IMG/VR virus record: IMGVR_UViG_3300045988_013489
DNA: 44,939 nt
From: a virus
Strand: one strand, 5' to 3'
In this document: positions 1 to 10,400 of the stretch, piece by piece
How positions within the stretch are numbered: position 1 is the stretch's first letter
Layout of the letters: every line of letters starts with the position of its first letter
The notes under the pieces: generated by a model
The model's input: only the letters and a program-made list of their open reading frames with translations
What the model was told of the DNA's origin: nothing
Database searches by the model: none
Program-made: the position numbers and the translations under genes

Positions 1-55
1 AAGTAAAAGTGGAGATACTAAAGTGACCATCACTCCGGCAAAAGCGAGCGCAGGA
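1..55. repeat. Terminal overlap copy 1, identical to 44885-44939; signature of a circular assembly
   Basis: Read directly: aagtaaaagtggagatactaaagtgaccatcactccggcaaaagcgagcgcagga occurs at both window ends. It lies inside the capsid ORF. Confidence 0.95.
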
Positions 56-82
56 CATGCGACTGTAGCAGCAAAACCATAA
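2..82 (+). CDS. Major capsid protein, C-terminal end (continuation of 43962..44939 across the circular junction)
   Basis: The frame of 43962..44939 continues through the overlap into cat gcg act gta gca gca aaa cca taa, with the stop at 80-82. Confidence 0.8.
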   Translation, partial: SKSGDTKVTITPAKASAGHATVAAKP

Positions 83-100
83 ATGTAGGAGGTAACTGGC

Positions 101-595
101 ATGGCTTATGCAGATTATAAATTCTATACAGAATCATTCGGCAATGTCGTGCCAGAAACCGACTTTCCGCGACTGGCAGAAAGAGCCAGCGATTTTGTGG
201 ACACAATGACGTTTGACAGGTTGGTGGACGGACTGCCAACAAATGAACGCTCGCAGAAGCGTATCAAAAAGGCAGTCTGTTCATTGGCTGAATTAATGTA
301 TCAGATTGAACTTGCTGAAAAGAATGCTACCAATGCCGCTGTGAGCGGTACGTCAACTGCAATTGGGCCCGGTGGTAACACGACAGGCGTTGTAACATCT
401 GTATCATCTGGCAGTGAATCCATCTCTTACGCCACACCTCAGCAGATCGGGGCGAGTGCAAAAGAATGGAGTGCGGTGTATGCCGCCGCCGGAGATGCAC
501 AGAAAACGAACGACTTGCTCTTAAAGACAGCTTTACCGCTTCTAATGGGAGTAAGGACGGATGATGGAATACCAGTATTGTATGCAGGAGTGTGA
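101..595 (+). CDS. Putative head-tail connector/adaptor protein
   Basis: First gene after the capsid gene, with an AGGAGG RBS. The N-terminus (YADYKFYTESFG..PETDFPRLAERASDFVD) resembles connector proteins of Firmicutes phages from memory. Position-based call. Confidence 0.45.
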   Translation: MAYADYKFYTESFGNVVPETDFPRLAERASDFVDTMTFDRLVDGLPTNERSQKRIKKAVCSLAELMYQIELAEKNATNAAVSGTSTAIGPGGNTTGVVTSVSSGSESISYATPQQIGASAKEWSAVYAAAGDAQKTNDLLLKTALPLLMGVRTDDGIPVLYAGV

Positions 596-891
596 ATATG
601 AAGTTTAGAAAAAAGCCTGTTATCATTGAAGCATTTAAGTATGATGGTGATCTGAAAGACCGGAACGGCTTGTTTTACGTTCCATTTTGGGCGCAAGAAG
701 CTTATAAGAAAGGCATTATGTATTACGGCGCAGAAACTTGTGATTTACCTCCGTGTGAGCTGTATATCGAAACATTAGAGGGAACACATCATGTTTCTGT
801 TGGAGACTATGTTATCCAGGGTGTAAACGGAGAGCTTTATCCGTGTAAGCCGGATATTTTTGAAAAAACTTATGAGGAGGTATCTGAATAA
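592..891 (+). CDS. Small virion-module protein, possibly PGDYG-like domain
   Basis: ATGA overlap with the upstream gene. Contains KKPVIIEAFKY ... VGDYVIQG..GELYPCKPDIFEKTYE, which resembles the PGDYG family as I recall it. Confidence 0.45.
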   Translation: MNMKFRKKPVIIEAFKYDGDLKDRNGLFYVPFWAQEAYKKGIMYYGAETCDLPPCELYIETLEGTHHVSVGDYVIQGVNGELYPCKPDIFEKTYEEVSE

Positions 892-1160
892 TGGACATTT
901 CAACATTAGGCTCATGTATAGCAATCGTTATGATTTGCTACATTGTGGGAATGGGCTGCAAAGCATCAAAAAGAATCCCTGATGAATGGATTCCGGTAAT
1001 CATGGCGGTTATTGGTGGGATTCTTGGAGCTGTCGGAATGGGAGTTATCCCGGATTTCCCGGCAACGGATTATATAACAGCAGTTGCGGTCGGTATGTTT
1101 AACGGATTGTCAGCTACTGGTGTGAATCAGGTTATTAAGCAGACAGCGCAGAAAGAATAA
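891..1160 (+). CDS. Putative holin (Phage_holin_5_2 / Hol44-like)
   Basis: 89 aa with 2-3 hydrophobic helices. RIPDEWIPVIMAVIGGILGAV and the C-terminal GLSATGVNQVIKQTAQKE match the pattern of clostridial phage holins as I recall them. Confidence 0.55.
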   Translation: MDISTLGSCIAIVMICYIVGMGCKASKRIPDEWIPVIMAVIGGILGAVGMGVIPDFPATDYITAVAVGMFNGLSATGVNQVIKQTAQKE

Positions 1161-1176
1161 TTAAGGAGAGGGTATC

Positions 1177-1638
1177 ATGTATTCATCTAAAATTACACTT
1201 TTCAACTATTATGAAAGTGCCACAACAGGAGATGTGTACTGGTATCCTCATGTTTTATCCGGCGTTGACCTCATTACAGACAAGGGAGCAATCCTCAAAA
1301 AGTACGGACCAGACGCAACCGACAACGCACAGTTACACGTTCGATACACTGTCCAGAACGGCAATGTAACCATTACTGATAAAGACGGCAAAATCCTCCC
1401 ATGGGTGCCGCCTAAAGAATGGAAACAGCAGATTAACAACGCTTTGGAAGACACTATTACATTCTCGGACGAATCGTTTTTCTGGGAAGGTGAGTGGGCT
1501 GGCGGAACGGTATCCGATGGTGATTATCGGAATGGATTCTACCAGTACATGAACGAGAACAGGGATAACGTGTTCAAGATTACTAGTGTAGGCGGTCCGT
1601 ATACACTGATTCCACATTTTGAGATTCTGGGTAAGTAA
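1177..1638 (+). CDS. Hypothetical head-tail joining protein
   Basis: RBS aaggagag. Sits in the connector gene cluster. No diagnostic motif recognised. Confidence 0.45.
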   Translation: MYSSKITLFNYYESATTGDVYWYPHVLSGVDLITDKGAILKKYGPDATDNAQLHVRYTVQNGNVTITDKDGKILPWVPPKEWKQQINNALEDTITFSDESFFWEGEWAGGTVSDGDYRNGFYQYMNENRDNVFKITSVGGPYTLIPHFEILGK

Positions 1639-1639
1639 T

Positions 1640-2131
1640 ATGAGTAAGATTCATCATTTTAAAGGATTCTCCGTAGTCGATGGAGATATGAAAATAAAGC
1701 TGAATATGAGCAGATTTTCCAAACAGTACCAAGAAGCCCAGTATCTCCTTGATGGAATGGTTATGGATAGCATGATAGAGTTTATGCCAATGATTTCGGG
1801 AGATTTTATTGACCGAACAAGAGTCAAAAGTACATCAATGCAAGGAACTGGATTTGTATGTGCAGCGGCAGAACCATATGGACGTTTTCTTTATTTTGGA
1901 AAAACCATGGTCGACCCTGCGACAGGTAGCACATGGGCAAGACACGATGCGGAAAAGGTTCTTGTGAGCCAGTACTCCGGTAAAACGAATGCAAAAGAAA
2001 ATCTTCAATATACAAAATCACCGCATACTCAGGCGCAAGCTGAATGGTTCGATGCCGCTAAACGAAAATACGGCAGTACATGGCTTCGCAAGGTAAAAGC
2101 ACAGGCAGGAGGTGGCAGACATGGCGGATAA
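1640..2131 (+). CDS. HK97 gp10-like / minor capsid-type neck protein
   Basis: The ATG at 1640 (MSKIHHF) directly follows the upstream stop, whereas the track start at 1619 overlaps it. FMPMISGDFIDRT...EPYGRFLYFGK resembles the gp10 family (..P..TG.L..S.....PYA..Y.G). Confidence 0.5.
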   Translation: MSKIHHFKGFSVVDGDMKIKLNMSRFSKQYQEAQYLLDGMVMDSMIEFMPMISGDFIDRTRVKSTSMQGTGFVCAAAEPYGRFLYFGKTMVDPATGSTWARHDAEKVLVSQYSGKTNAKENLQYTKSPHTQAQAEWFDAAKRKYGSTWLRKVKAQAGGGRHGG

Positions 2132-2621
2132 ACCTATCGGTAAAGATGCAACTGGATACGAGATTCTGACAGATGCCATGAAAGCACTTCTGAAGCAGTA
2201 TCCGGGACTGTATGAAAATGAAACAATCAAATTTGAGGAGCTTGGCAAGGAATCAGGAATTGCGTTCTCAGCAGATAACGGAGCGTTGGTCTATTCAGAA
2301 AAAGAAGATGTCTGCGGTACGATGCATCAAGTGTGTCAGTATCCATTTTATATAGTGTACCGAACAGCATCCGACAAGGAGAGGCAGAAGCTATCTGTTC
2401 AGAAGTTCCTGGATAATCTTGGCAAATGGATATGCCGAGAACCAGTTGTCATAAATGGCTCTGAGACGCGCTTAGATGCGTTTCCTGAGCTTTCACAGGG
2501 GCGAGTGATAAAACGTATCACCCGTGATAACTCCTATGGTTTAGAGCCACAGGAGAGTGGCGTACAGGATTGGCTATTGCCATTATCGGTGCGCTACGAA
2601 AACACTTATGAAGTAATCTAA
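2121..2621 (+). CDS. Hypothetical neck/tail-terminator candidate
   Basis: Last ORF before the major tail gene. The start is either 2112 or 2121 (MADKPIG). Call is by position only. Confidence 0.4.
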   Translation: MADKPIGKDATGYEILTDAMKALLKQYPGLYENETIKFEELGKESGIAFSADNGALVYSEKEDVCGTMHQVCQYPFYIVYRTASDKERQKLSVQKFLDNLGKWICREPVVINGSETRLDAFPELSQGRVIKRITRDNSYGLEPQESGVQDWLLPLSVRYENTYEVI

Positions 2622-2630
2622 CAAGTAACA

Positions 2631-2700
2631 ACCGGCTATCAGTTAGAGATAGTCGCTAACCTACACGGCCTTTAAAGTTATAGGCAGAAAGGACATTTCT
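2631..2700 (+). promoter_or_regulatory. Conserved leader motif, copy A (upstream of the major tail gene)
   Basis: About 70 nt alignable with 43893-43961. Hairpin ggctatc/agttaga/gatagtc, then gctaacc, then stem ccta...tagg, RBS agaaagga and ATGGCA. Confidence 0.5.
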
Positions 2701-3201
2701 ATGGCAGTTACAGGCAAGATTGACCGTAAATATATGGCTCATTATATTGATGCAGGTTCCCTTTGTGGAGGACTGACACCGAAATATGAGCGTCTTGGTA
2801 AGGATCTGGAAGAGTACAATGTAGAGCTCAATCCAGATACTGAAACATCTAAAAATATTCTCGGAGAATCCACATTCAAACATAACGGTTATGAAGTTTC
2901 TTCTGATGCTGATCCGTTCTATGCAGACACTACTTCTGATCTGTTCACAGCGTTACAGAAGATCGTAGATGGACGTCTCAAAGACGATAACCTCAAAACA
3001 AAAGCAGTTGAGGTTCATCTCTGGACAGAAGCTATGGCAGGCAAGTACGAAGCATATCAGCAGGATTGTTATGTTGTGCCGACATCCTACGGCGGCGATG
3101 CATCCGGCTATCAGATTCCGTTTACCGTGAACTATGTTGGAGAACGTGTCAAAGGAAAATTTGATATCAGTTCCGGTACATTTACAGCTGACAGTGAATA
3201 A
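2701..3201 (+). CDS. Major tail (tube) protein
   Basis: 166 aa, located upstream of the chaperone pair and the tape measure gene. The N-terminus (MAVTGKIDRKYMAHYID ... YERLGKDLEEYNVELNPDTE) resembles siphovirus major tail proteins. Confidence 0.7.
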   Translation: MAVTGKIDRKYMAHYIDAGSLCGGLTPKYERLGKDLEEYNVELNPDTETSKNILGESTFKHNGYEVSSDADPFYADTTSDLFTALQKIVDGRLKDDNLKTKAVEVHLWTEAMAGKYEAYQQDCYVVPTSYGGDASGYQIPFTVNYVGERVKGKFDISSGTFTADSE

Positions 3202-3220
3202 TTTTAGGAGGATATAGAAA

Positions 3221-3646
3221 ATGGCAAAAACAATTAACACAAACATTGATGATGGATTTCTTCTTTTCACATTCACAAACAAACAGGGTGAAGTGTTCTC
3301 TTCGTTCAAATTGAACCCTACTGACATTAATATTGCAGCAAGAGCGGAAGAATTGGAAACTTTCTTCGAACAGGCTCAGGAATCTGTTAAAAATGTTTCT
3401 TCCAGCAAAGAAATGGCGGAGATTAATAAGCAGATTGAGGACAAAATCAATTATATGCTCGGATATGAAGCATCTAAGGATTTATTCAAAGAACCAATTA
3501 CCGCAACAACTGTTTTTGGAAATGGTCAGGTGTTTGCCTATATCGTTCTGGACAAAATTAATGAAGCACTTACTCCGGAAATTGAAAAGAGAAAGAAAAA
3601 AATGCAGGAAGTAGTCAATAAGTACACGGAGAAGTATACAAAATGA
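3221..3646 (+). CDS. Tail assembly chaperone (gpG-like)
   Basis: Lies between the major tail gene and the tape measure gene. Acidic and helical. ATGA overlap with the next ORF. Confidence 0.55.
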   Translation: MAKTINTNIDDGFLLFTFTNKQGEVFSSFKLNPTDINIAARAEELETFFEQAQESVKNVSSSKEMAEINKQIEDKINYMLGYEASKDLFKEPITATTVFGNGQVFAYIVLDKINEALTPEIEKRKKKMQEVVNKYTEKYTK

Positions 3647-4215
3647 CCGCCTATGAGTTGCCCACCTCACTAAATATCAGTGGGGTGGATTTTTCTATCA
3701 GAACGGATTTTCGAGTAATTATTGATATTCTGGTCGCCATGAATGACCCAGAATTGGACGAACAAGCGAAAGCTGTTGTTATGTTACAGATTCTATTTGA
3801 GGACTGGCAAAGCATACCCCCAGAACATCTTACAGAAGCTTGCCAGAAAGCTTGTGAGTTTATCGACTGCGGACAGGCTGACGATAATCCGAACAAGCCT
3901 AAGCCCCGCTTAATGGACTGGGAACAGGACGGAGACATGATCGTCCCGGCGGTAAACAAGGTTGCCGGTAAAGAAATCAGAGCGGTGCCTTATATGCACT
4001 GGTGGACGTTTTTTGGATACTTTATGGAATCTGGCGAGTGCCTGTTCAACACCGTAGTTGGAATCCGGTCAAAAAAAGCAAAGGGTGAAAAACTTGATAA
4101 ATGGGAGAAGAAATTCTATCAAGAAAATAAGAACATTATTGATATAAAAACACGTCTCAGCGACGAGGAGCAAGCGTACAAGGATGCGCTGAATGAGATG
4201 TTGAACCTCAAATAG
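3643..4215 (+). CDS. Tail assembly protein, Phage_Gp15-like
   Basis: YELPTSLNISGVDFSIRTDFRVIIDIL matches the Gp15-family N-terminus as I recall it. Immediately precedes the tape measure gene. Confidence 0.55.
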   Translation: MTAYELPTSLNISGVDFSIRTDFRVIIDILVAMNDPELDEQAKAVVMLQILFEDWQSIPPEHLTEACQKACEFIDCGQADDNPNKPKPRLMDWEQDGDMIVPAVNKVAGKEIRAVPYMHWWTFFGYFMESGECLFNTVVGIRSKKAKGEKLDKWEKKFYQENKNIIDIKTRLSDEEQAYKDALNEMLNLK

Positions 4216-4230
4216 TTAGGAGGTGAACAC

Positions 4231-7083
4231 ATGGCTGCTGATGGCTCAGTCATTATTGATACCAGAATGGATACAACCGGTGTCCAAAATGGCGTATCGG
4301 CTATAAAACAGTCATTTAACGGACTTGGCAGCGTAGTAAAAAAAATAGGCGTACTGATTGGCGGAGCATTCGCGATTGGGAAACTGACGCAGTTCGGTAA
4401 GGAATGTATAGAACTTGGCTCAAATCTGGCAGAAGTGCAGAACGTGGTCGATGTTACATTTACAACCATGTCGGATAAGGTCAATGAATTTGCAAAGAAC
4501 GCAATGACCACTGCTGGTCTGTCGGAAACGATGGCGAAACAGTATGTCGGAACGTTCGGAGCAATGTCTAAGTCGTTCGGATTCTCAGAAGCACAAGCTT
4601 ACGACATGTCAACAGCTCTGACACAGCTGACTGGTGACGTAGCATCATTTTACAACATCAGTCAGGACTTGGCCTACATTAAGCTGAAATCAGTGTTTAC
4701 GGGCGAAACAGAAACGCTCAAGGACCTCGGCGTGGTAATGACCCAGTCGGCACTTGACCAGTATGCACTGGCTAATGGATACGGAAAAACCACATCCGCC
4801 ATGACTGAACAGGAGAAAGTGGCTCTTCGCTTGGCTTTTGTACAGAAACAGTTATCGGCTGCATCTGGTGATTTCGTCCGAACATCTGGCAGCTGGGCGA
4901 ACCAGGTAAGAGTAATGCAGTTACAGCTGCAATCTCTCAAGGCGACAGTTGGACAGGGATTAATCAATCTCTTCACTCCTGTTCTGAAAGTTATTAATAT
5001 CTTGCTCGGTAAGTTAGCAACTCTGGCAAATGCCTTCAAGTCATTTACGGAATTAATCACCGGAAAGAAATCATCTGGTCAGACAGGCGCGAGCGGCGCA
5101 GGTCTTGTCGGAACAGATGCAATGGCTGACACAGCCGACCAATATGGAAATGCTGCCGATAATGCCGAAAAGCTGGCGGATGCAACAAATGATACAGCGG
5201 ACGCAACCAAGAAAGCTACTAAGGCGGCAAAAGGATATCTTAGTCCTCTCGACGAAATAAATAATTACTCAACGGATAAAAGTGCAGATTCATCGCCAAA
5301 AGTACCGGGCGTAACCGGTGGACTTGCAGATCAGATGAAAGATGCTGTACAAAATGTTGATTACGGAAAAATGGCAGAGGGTGAGACAGTCCTTGACAAA
5401 ATTAGCAAATCAGCTGAAAAGCTCGCGAAGCTCCTTAAAAAGCTCTGGAAGCCATTTCAGGACGCTTGGAAAAAAGAGGGTAAGAATACTATTGATGCGG
5501 CACAGATTGCTCTATCTGGAATTGCGAAGCTTGCTAAGAGTGTAGGCAGGAGTCTCATGGAAGTCTGGACAAACGGTACAGGTACGACAATGCTTACAAC
5601 CATGCTAAGGATTGCTCAGAACGTGCTTAAAACTATTGGGAATATTGCATCCGGTTTTGCCGACGCGTGGAATAAGAACAATGTCGGAACGCAGATTATA
5701 CAGAACATCGCAGATGCTCTTGTGGTGGTTATGCAGTTCATTGAGAGGATTACCGCAGATACGGCAACGTGGGCGGCAAACTTAGATTTCTATCCGCTGT
5801 TAGAATCTATCAGTAATCTGACAAGTGCATTTGCACCAATTCTGGAATCCATTGGAAATGTTCTTGAATGGATTTACAATAACATCGTTCTTCCGATGTT
5901 GAAATGGGTTATTGAGGTAGGACTTCCGACAGTGATTAATTTAGTCGCAAAAGTAGCAACTTTTCTTGCTGATCATCAGTCGATTGTTGAAGCGTTCGGC
6001 GCAGCCCTAATCGGAGCGTTCGCGGCAGCAAAGATTGCAGAATTAGCATCGGGAGTTATCAAAAGTGTATCTGGAATAGCTACAGCCGCAAAAGGACTTA
6101 TCGCGTTAATGACTGGCACTGGCGGGATCATGGGTGGAATCAAGGCCATTGCGACAGCAATCGGCACTGGCGGGATTTTCGCGATCGCAGTCGGTGCTGC
6201 TATAGCAATCGGAGTTTTGCTGTACAAAAACTGGGATGAAATATGCGCGGCAGCAACAAAATTAAAAGACTGGGTTGTTGAAAAGACTCGCGCATTGTCA
6301 GAATCAGTAACACGTACATTAAGCAATTTAAAACAAAAAATAATTAACGTTTGGAATATTATTAAAACGTCAACATCTACTACTTGGAACTCAATCAAAA
6401 CGAAAGTTTCTGGATTATGGAACACTCTTAAAACCACGGCAAAAACAGTATTCGATGCAATTAAAACTAAAATTACAGGTATATGGGATAGCATAAAGAG
6501 TAAGACAACTCAGACATGGAACAATGTCACAAGTTTTATTTCTGATAAAGTGGAAGCAATAAGAAATGCCATCACAAGTAAATTTAATGCCGCCAGAGAT
6601 GCGGTAAAATCTGCGTTTGAGGGCATTGTAAATTTCATCAAAGCTCCAATTAATAAGGCAATTAGTATTGTTAACAATGCAGTTGGAATGATTAATAATG
6701 CAATTGGTGGAATCGAATCGGCTTTCTCCTTTGGGCCTTGGTCTGTTCCAACACCGTTTGGCACAAAGACTATTGGATTTCACGCAACATTTCCACGCGT
6801 CAGCACCATACCATATCTGGCCAGTGGCGCAGTTATTCCGCCAAGGTCAGAATTCCTTGCGGTATTAGGTGACCAGAAAAAAGGAAATAACCTGGAAGCA
6901 CCGGAAAGCCTGTTGCGTCAGATCGTCCGGGAAGAATCAGGGAAAGGACATGGAGATGGAAATACCTATAATGTTACAGTCAATGCATCCGGTAGAAAAC
7001 TTTTAGATATTATCATTGATGAAGCAGAACTTAGGAGACGTAGAAATGGCGGTCAGAATCCATTCTTATTAGGAGGTGTGTAA
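4231..7083 (+). CDS. Tape measure protein
   Basis: 950 aa, highly helical, with Gly/Ala-rich transmembrane-like segments (GGIMGGIKAIATAIGTGGIFAIAVGAAIAIG) and periodic W/K repeats. Canonical position. Confidence 0.9.
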   Translation: MAADGSVIIDTRMDTTGVQNGVSAIKQSFNGLGSVVKKIGVLIGGAFAIGKLTQFGKECIELGSNLAEVQNVVDVTFTTMSDKVNEFAKNAMTTAGLSETMAKQYVGTFGAMSKSFGFSEAQAYDMSTALTQLTGDVASFYNISQDLAYIKLKSVFTGETETLKDLGVVMTQSALDQYALANGYGKTTSAMTEQEKVALRLAFVQKQLSAASGDFVRTSGSWANQVRVMQLQLQSLKATVGQGLINLFTPVLKVINILLGKLATLANAFKSFTELITGKKSSGQTGASGAGLVGTDAMADTADQYGNAADNAEKLADATNDTADATKKATKAAKGYLSPLDEINNYSTDKSADSSPKVPGVTGGLADQMKDAVQNVDYGKMAEGETVLDKISKSAEKLAKLLKKLWKPFQDAWKKEGKNTIDAAQIALSGIAKLAKSVGRSLMEVWTNGTGTTMLTTMLRIAQNVLKTIGNIASGFADAWNKNNVGTQIIQNIADALVVVMQFIERITADTATWAANLDFYPLLESISNLTSAFAPILESIGNVLEWIYNNIVLPMLKWVIEVGLPTVINLVAKVATFLADHQSIVEAFGAALIGAFAAAKIAELASGVIKSVSGIATAAKGLIALMTGTGGIMGGIKAIATAIGTGGIFAIAVGAAIAIGVLLYKNWDEICAAATKLKDWVVEKTRALSESVTRTLSNLKQKIINVWNIIKTSTSTTWNSIKTKVSGLWNTLKTTAKTVFDAIKTKITGIWDSIKSKTTQTWNNVTSFISDKVEAIRNAITSKFNAARDAVKSAFEGIVNFIKAPINKAISIVNNAVGMINNAIGGIESAFSFGPWSVPTPFGTKTIGFHATFPRVSTIPYLASGAVIPPRSEFLAVLGDQKKGNNLEAPESLLRQIVREESGKGHGDGNTYNVTVNASGRKLLDIIIDEAELRRRRNGGQNPFLLGGV

Positions 7084-7461
7084 ATGTCGCAAGAACAGTT
7101 TAAGATTGATGGGGTCATTATAAAGGCCCCTGACACATACAAGCCGGTGTTCGCAACTACATCAACGGAAAGCTCTAAGAGAAGTCAGGATCTTGTTATG
7201 CACAACACTCCGATGGGAACTATTGCCGGATACGACATGGAATGGGGCGAGCTTAAATGGGGAGAGATTGCGAACATTCTAAATTTGATGATTAACAAAA
7301 GTCAGTTCACTTTTCATCATAAAGACCCTCGGACACCTGGCAAATGGATTGACAAAACGTTCTATGCGTCTAATTTCAACATGGCAGCGCAAACGCTCAA
7401 AGGCAATGAGGAACGATGGACAGGATTAACTATTAATGTAAGGAGCATTCGACCGGTATGA
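7084..7461 (+). CDS. Putative short distal tail protein
   Basis: Lies between the tape measure and tail fiber genes. At 125 aa it is shorter than a typical distal tail protein. Confidence 0.35.
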   Translation: MSQEQFKIDGVIIKAPDTYKPVFATTSTESSKRSQDLVMHNTPMGTIAGYDMEWGELKWGEIANILNLMINKSQFTFHHKDPRTPGKWIDKTFYASNFNMAAQTLKGNEERWTGLTINVRSIRPV

Positions 7462-10400
7462 TTAATGTTACAAATCAGTTAAAGACAGAATCTCTCTTAA
7501 ATAGTAACTATTATGTTACGGCGAATGCGGTACTGCGTGATGGGACAACTTTAAGCCTGGAAAAGGAAGATTTCTACCTTGACGGAAACGGTATCGTAGA
7601 TTCTTCTGATTCCGGGGATTTCCCGATAGGTGTAGCCATTGAAAAAACAGCAACATTGGCGCTGGTCAATGATGATGATAGGTTCTCTGACTACGACTTT
7701 GCCGGGGCACAGTTCACCCTATTTTTAAATTTGCAACTGTCTGATAGATTGGAAACCATTCGCCGCGGCACATTCATTGTATCAAAAAAACCTGCCACGT
7801 CCGATGAGATTAATCTCACTTTGCTGGACTATATGAACAAGGCAGAGACAGGCTACAATACAAACCTTGTTTTCCCGTGCTCTGTCAGAGAGGTTTTAGA
7901 AGATGCCTGCCAGCAGACTGGGATTGTGTTAGGTGACGCAACATTTAAAAACGCAGACTATCAGGTACAGAAGAAGCCCGAGAACACCACTTTTAGAGCA
8001 GTAATCGGTATGGTTGCAGCTCTGGCAGGCGGTAACGCTCGCATTGATGAGAATGATAATTTGCGAATCATCACTTTTGACGATGGTGCAGACACTATTA
8101 CATTAGAAACAGTTCCATGGTACGACATTAATGGAAACACTATCCTTGACATTGACAGCAACGAGATCGAGACAGTTCTTGAACGAAAAGGATTTAAACC
8201 AAATGCTATCAGAAATCTTACCTATGATGTTGACGATGTAGTTGTTACTGGGGTCAAATATACAGATAATGAGACGGAATATAAGTACGGTACAGACGGA
8301 TATGTCATCACGATTGACAACAAGCTTCTGAGCGGTAATGAACAGATGGGTGTCGACCTGATTGGAAAAGAGCTTGTCGGTATGAGATTAAGACCATTCT
8401 CTTGTGACAGCATAGCAATCGGATACGCCACATTTGGAGATAGAATTACATTTTCCGACATTAAAGGTAATGTTTACTATTCATACCTGACAGATGTGGA
8501 CTTTACTTTTTCCGGAAGTACGAGCCTTTCTTGTAATGCAAAGAGCATGGAAGACATCAATGCTGACTATCCAGACAGCATGCAGGTCGAGGTCGACAAC
8601 ATAAAGAAAGATTCCGAGAAAAAGATTACTGCCTATGACGCAAAATTAAAGCAGATGAACGAACTAGCGGCCAACACTCTCGGCTTTTACTATACAGAAG
8701 AAATTCAAGCAGATGGATCCACGATTTCATATAGGCATAACAAGCCTACACTTGCTGATTCCAAGGTGATATATAAGACGGGTGCTGATGGATTCTTCTT
8801 GTCGGTAGACGGAGGTCAGACTTGGAAAGCCGGATTTGACAGTAACGGCGATGCAGTGCTGAACATTCTGTATGCTATCGGTATACAGTCGGATTGGATC
8901 AACACAAGAGGATTCACGGCAAAAGACAATGATGGGAACATTACATTCCGCATTGATGCAGAGACAGGGGCCGTCAATCTTAATGCCACGGAGCTTACAA
9001 TCAAAGGGAAAACACCAGAAAATGTGGCAAATGCCGAGGTTGAGAAGTTCATTACAGAGGTGTATTCTCCACAGATTAAGGTTCTTCAGGAGCAGATTGA
9101 CGGACAGATAGAAGCATTCTTTGGAGACTATGTTCCTGATGGCAATAATGAACCGGCATCCACTTGGACAGATGATACAACTAAAAAGAAACACTTAGGT
9201 GACCTATTTTACATCGTAAACAACGAAGAGTATGGTGGACAAGCTTACAGATATGCAAAGATTAACGGTGAATACAAGTGGGACTATGTAAAAGATACTG
9301 CGGTGGTCAAAGCTCTGGCAGATGCGGCAAAAGCTCAGGACACAGCAAATGTAAAGAAAAGAATATTTGGAACGGAACCAGTACCCCCTTACGATATTGA
9401 CGATTTATGGGTTCAGGGAAAGACCGGGGACATTCTCAAATGTCAAAAGGCAAAGGCAGAAGGTGCAAGCTATGACGCCGATGACTGGGTGAAAGCATCT
9501 AAATATACAGATGATTCTGCAATCACAGCATTTATCAAGGGCGTTTTTGCCGATACGATTGAAAGTCTTCAAGAACAGCTTGATGGTAAGATTCAGACTT
9601 GGAGTCAGGATACGGACCCGGCGCTTGAATGGACAGAAACGGAAGAGATTCCGTGGACAGATGCTGGCGGTAATTCCATTCTGGACGTAGACGGGAATGA
9701 GATTTTAATTGTCTGGGAAAAAGGTAAATATATCCACAAAGGAGACCTTTGGCAGAACACCGCCAATAACGCTAACACGCGCTGGCGGTGGGATGGTAGT
9801 GAATGGGTCGAGCAGAAAGCACCGGATTATCTGTTTGATAAGATTGATGGAAAAGCGGCAGTCTATTTTGAACAGCCAAAGCCGCCGTATAACATGGGAG
9901 ATTTTTGGGTCACATCAAAGGCAGATGGTGAAGCTTCTATCAAAACAGCAGTCAGGAGCCGAGCGGACGGTGCATTTACTGACACTGACTGGATTGATTT
10001 CAAATATGTGGACAAAACCGACATTGATAATGCGGTCAAGGAGTATGATACAAGTCTTGGTCAAGACGAGGTATTTAATAAGCTGACAAACGGCGGTGAA
10101 GACCAGGGAATTTATATACAGGACAAGAAACTGTATATCAATGCAAATTACATCCTTGCAGGCGTTCTGGCAGGTAAATTTATCAATGCAAAAGGGATTA
10201 AGGTTATTGACAATGATAATCAAATCACGCTCCATATTGACGATAATGGAAAGGTATACATTGCCGCAACAGAGTTTTCATTAAAAGGAAAAGCCGTATC
10301 TGAAATAGCAAAAGACACAGCTTCTAATACTGCGACCGAAATCGCGACAAAATACGCCACGCTGAATGTATTGCTATCAAATGAATTCCAAGGAATTCCA

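Noticed and set aside
1-55. Interpreting the terminal repeat as physical direct terminal repeats of the virion DNA
   Set aside because: The repeat lies in the middle of the capsid coding sequence and has an assembler-k-mer-like length. It is far more likely a circularisation artefact.
3590-3646. Programmed -1 frameshift at the A7 run (3596-3602) fusing the two tail chaperone ORFs, as in G/GT
   Set aside because: The downstream ORF is in the -1 frame, but reading that frame from the slippery run hits TAA at 3619-3621, before the 3643 start. No fusion product is possible. The ATGA overlap suggests simple translational coupling.
5976-6494. Long antisense ORFs inside the tape measure, tail fiber and terminase genes (for example 5976..6494, 8727..9194, 35361..36020, all minus strand)
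   Set aside because: These are shadow ORFs opposite long, well-supported plus-strand genes. They have no RBS and low-complexity translations.
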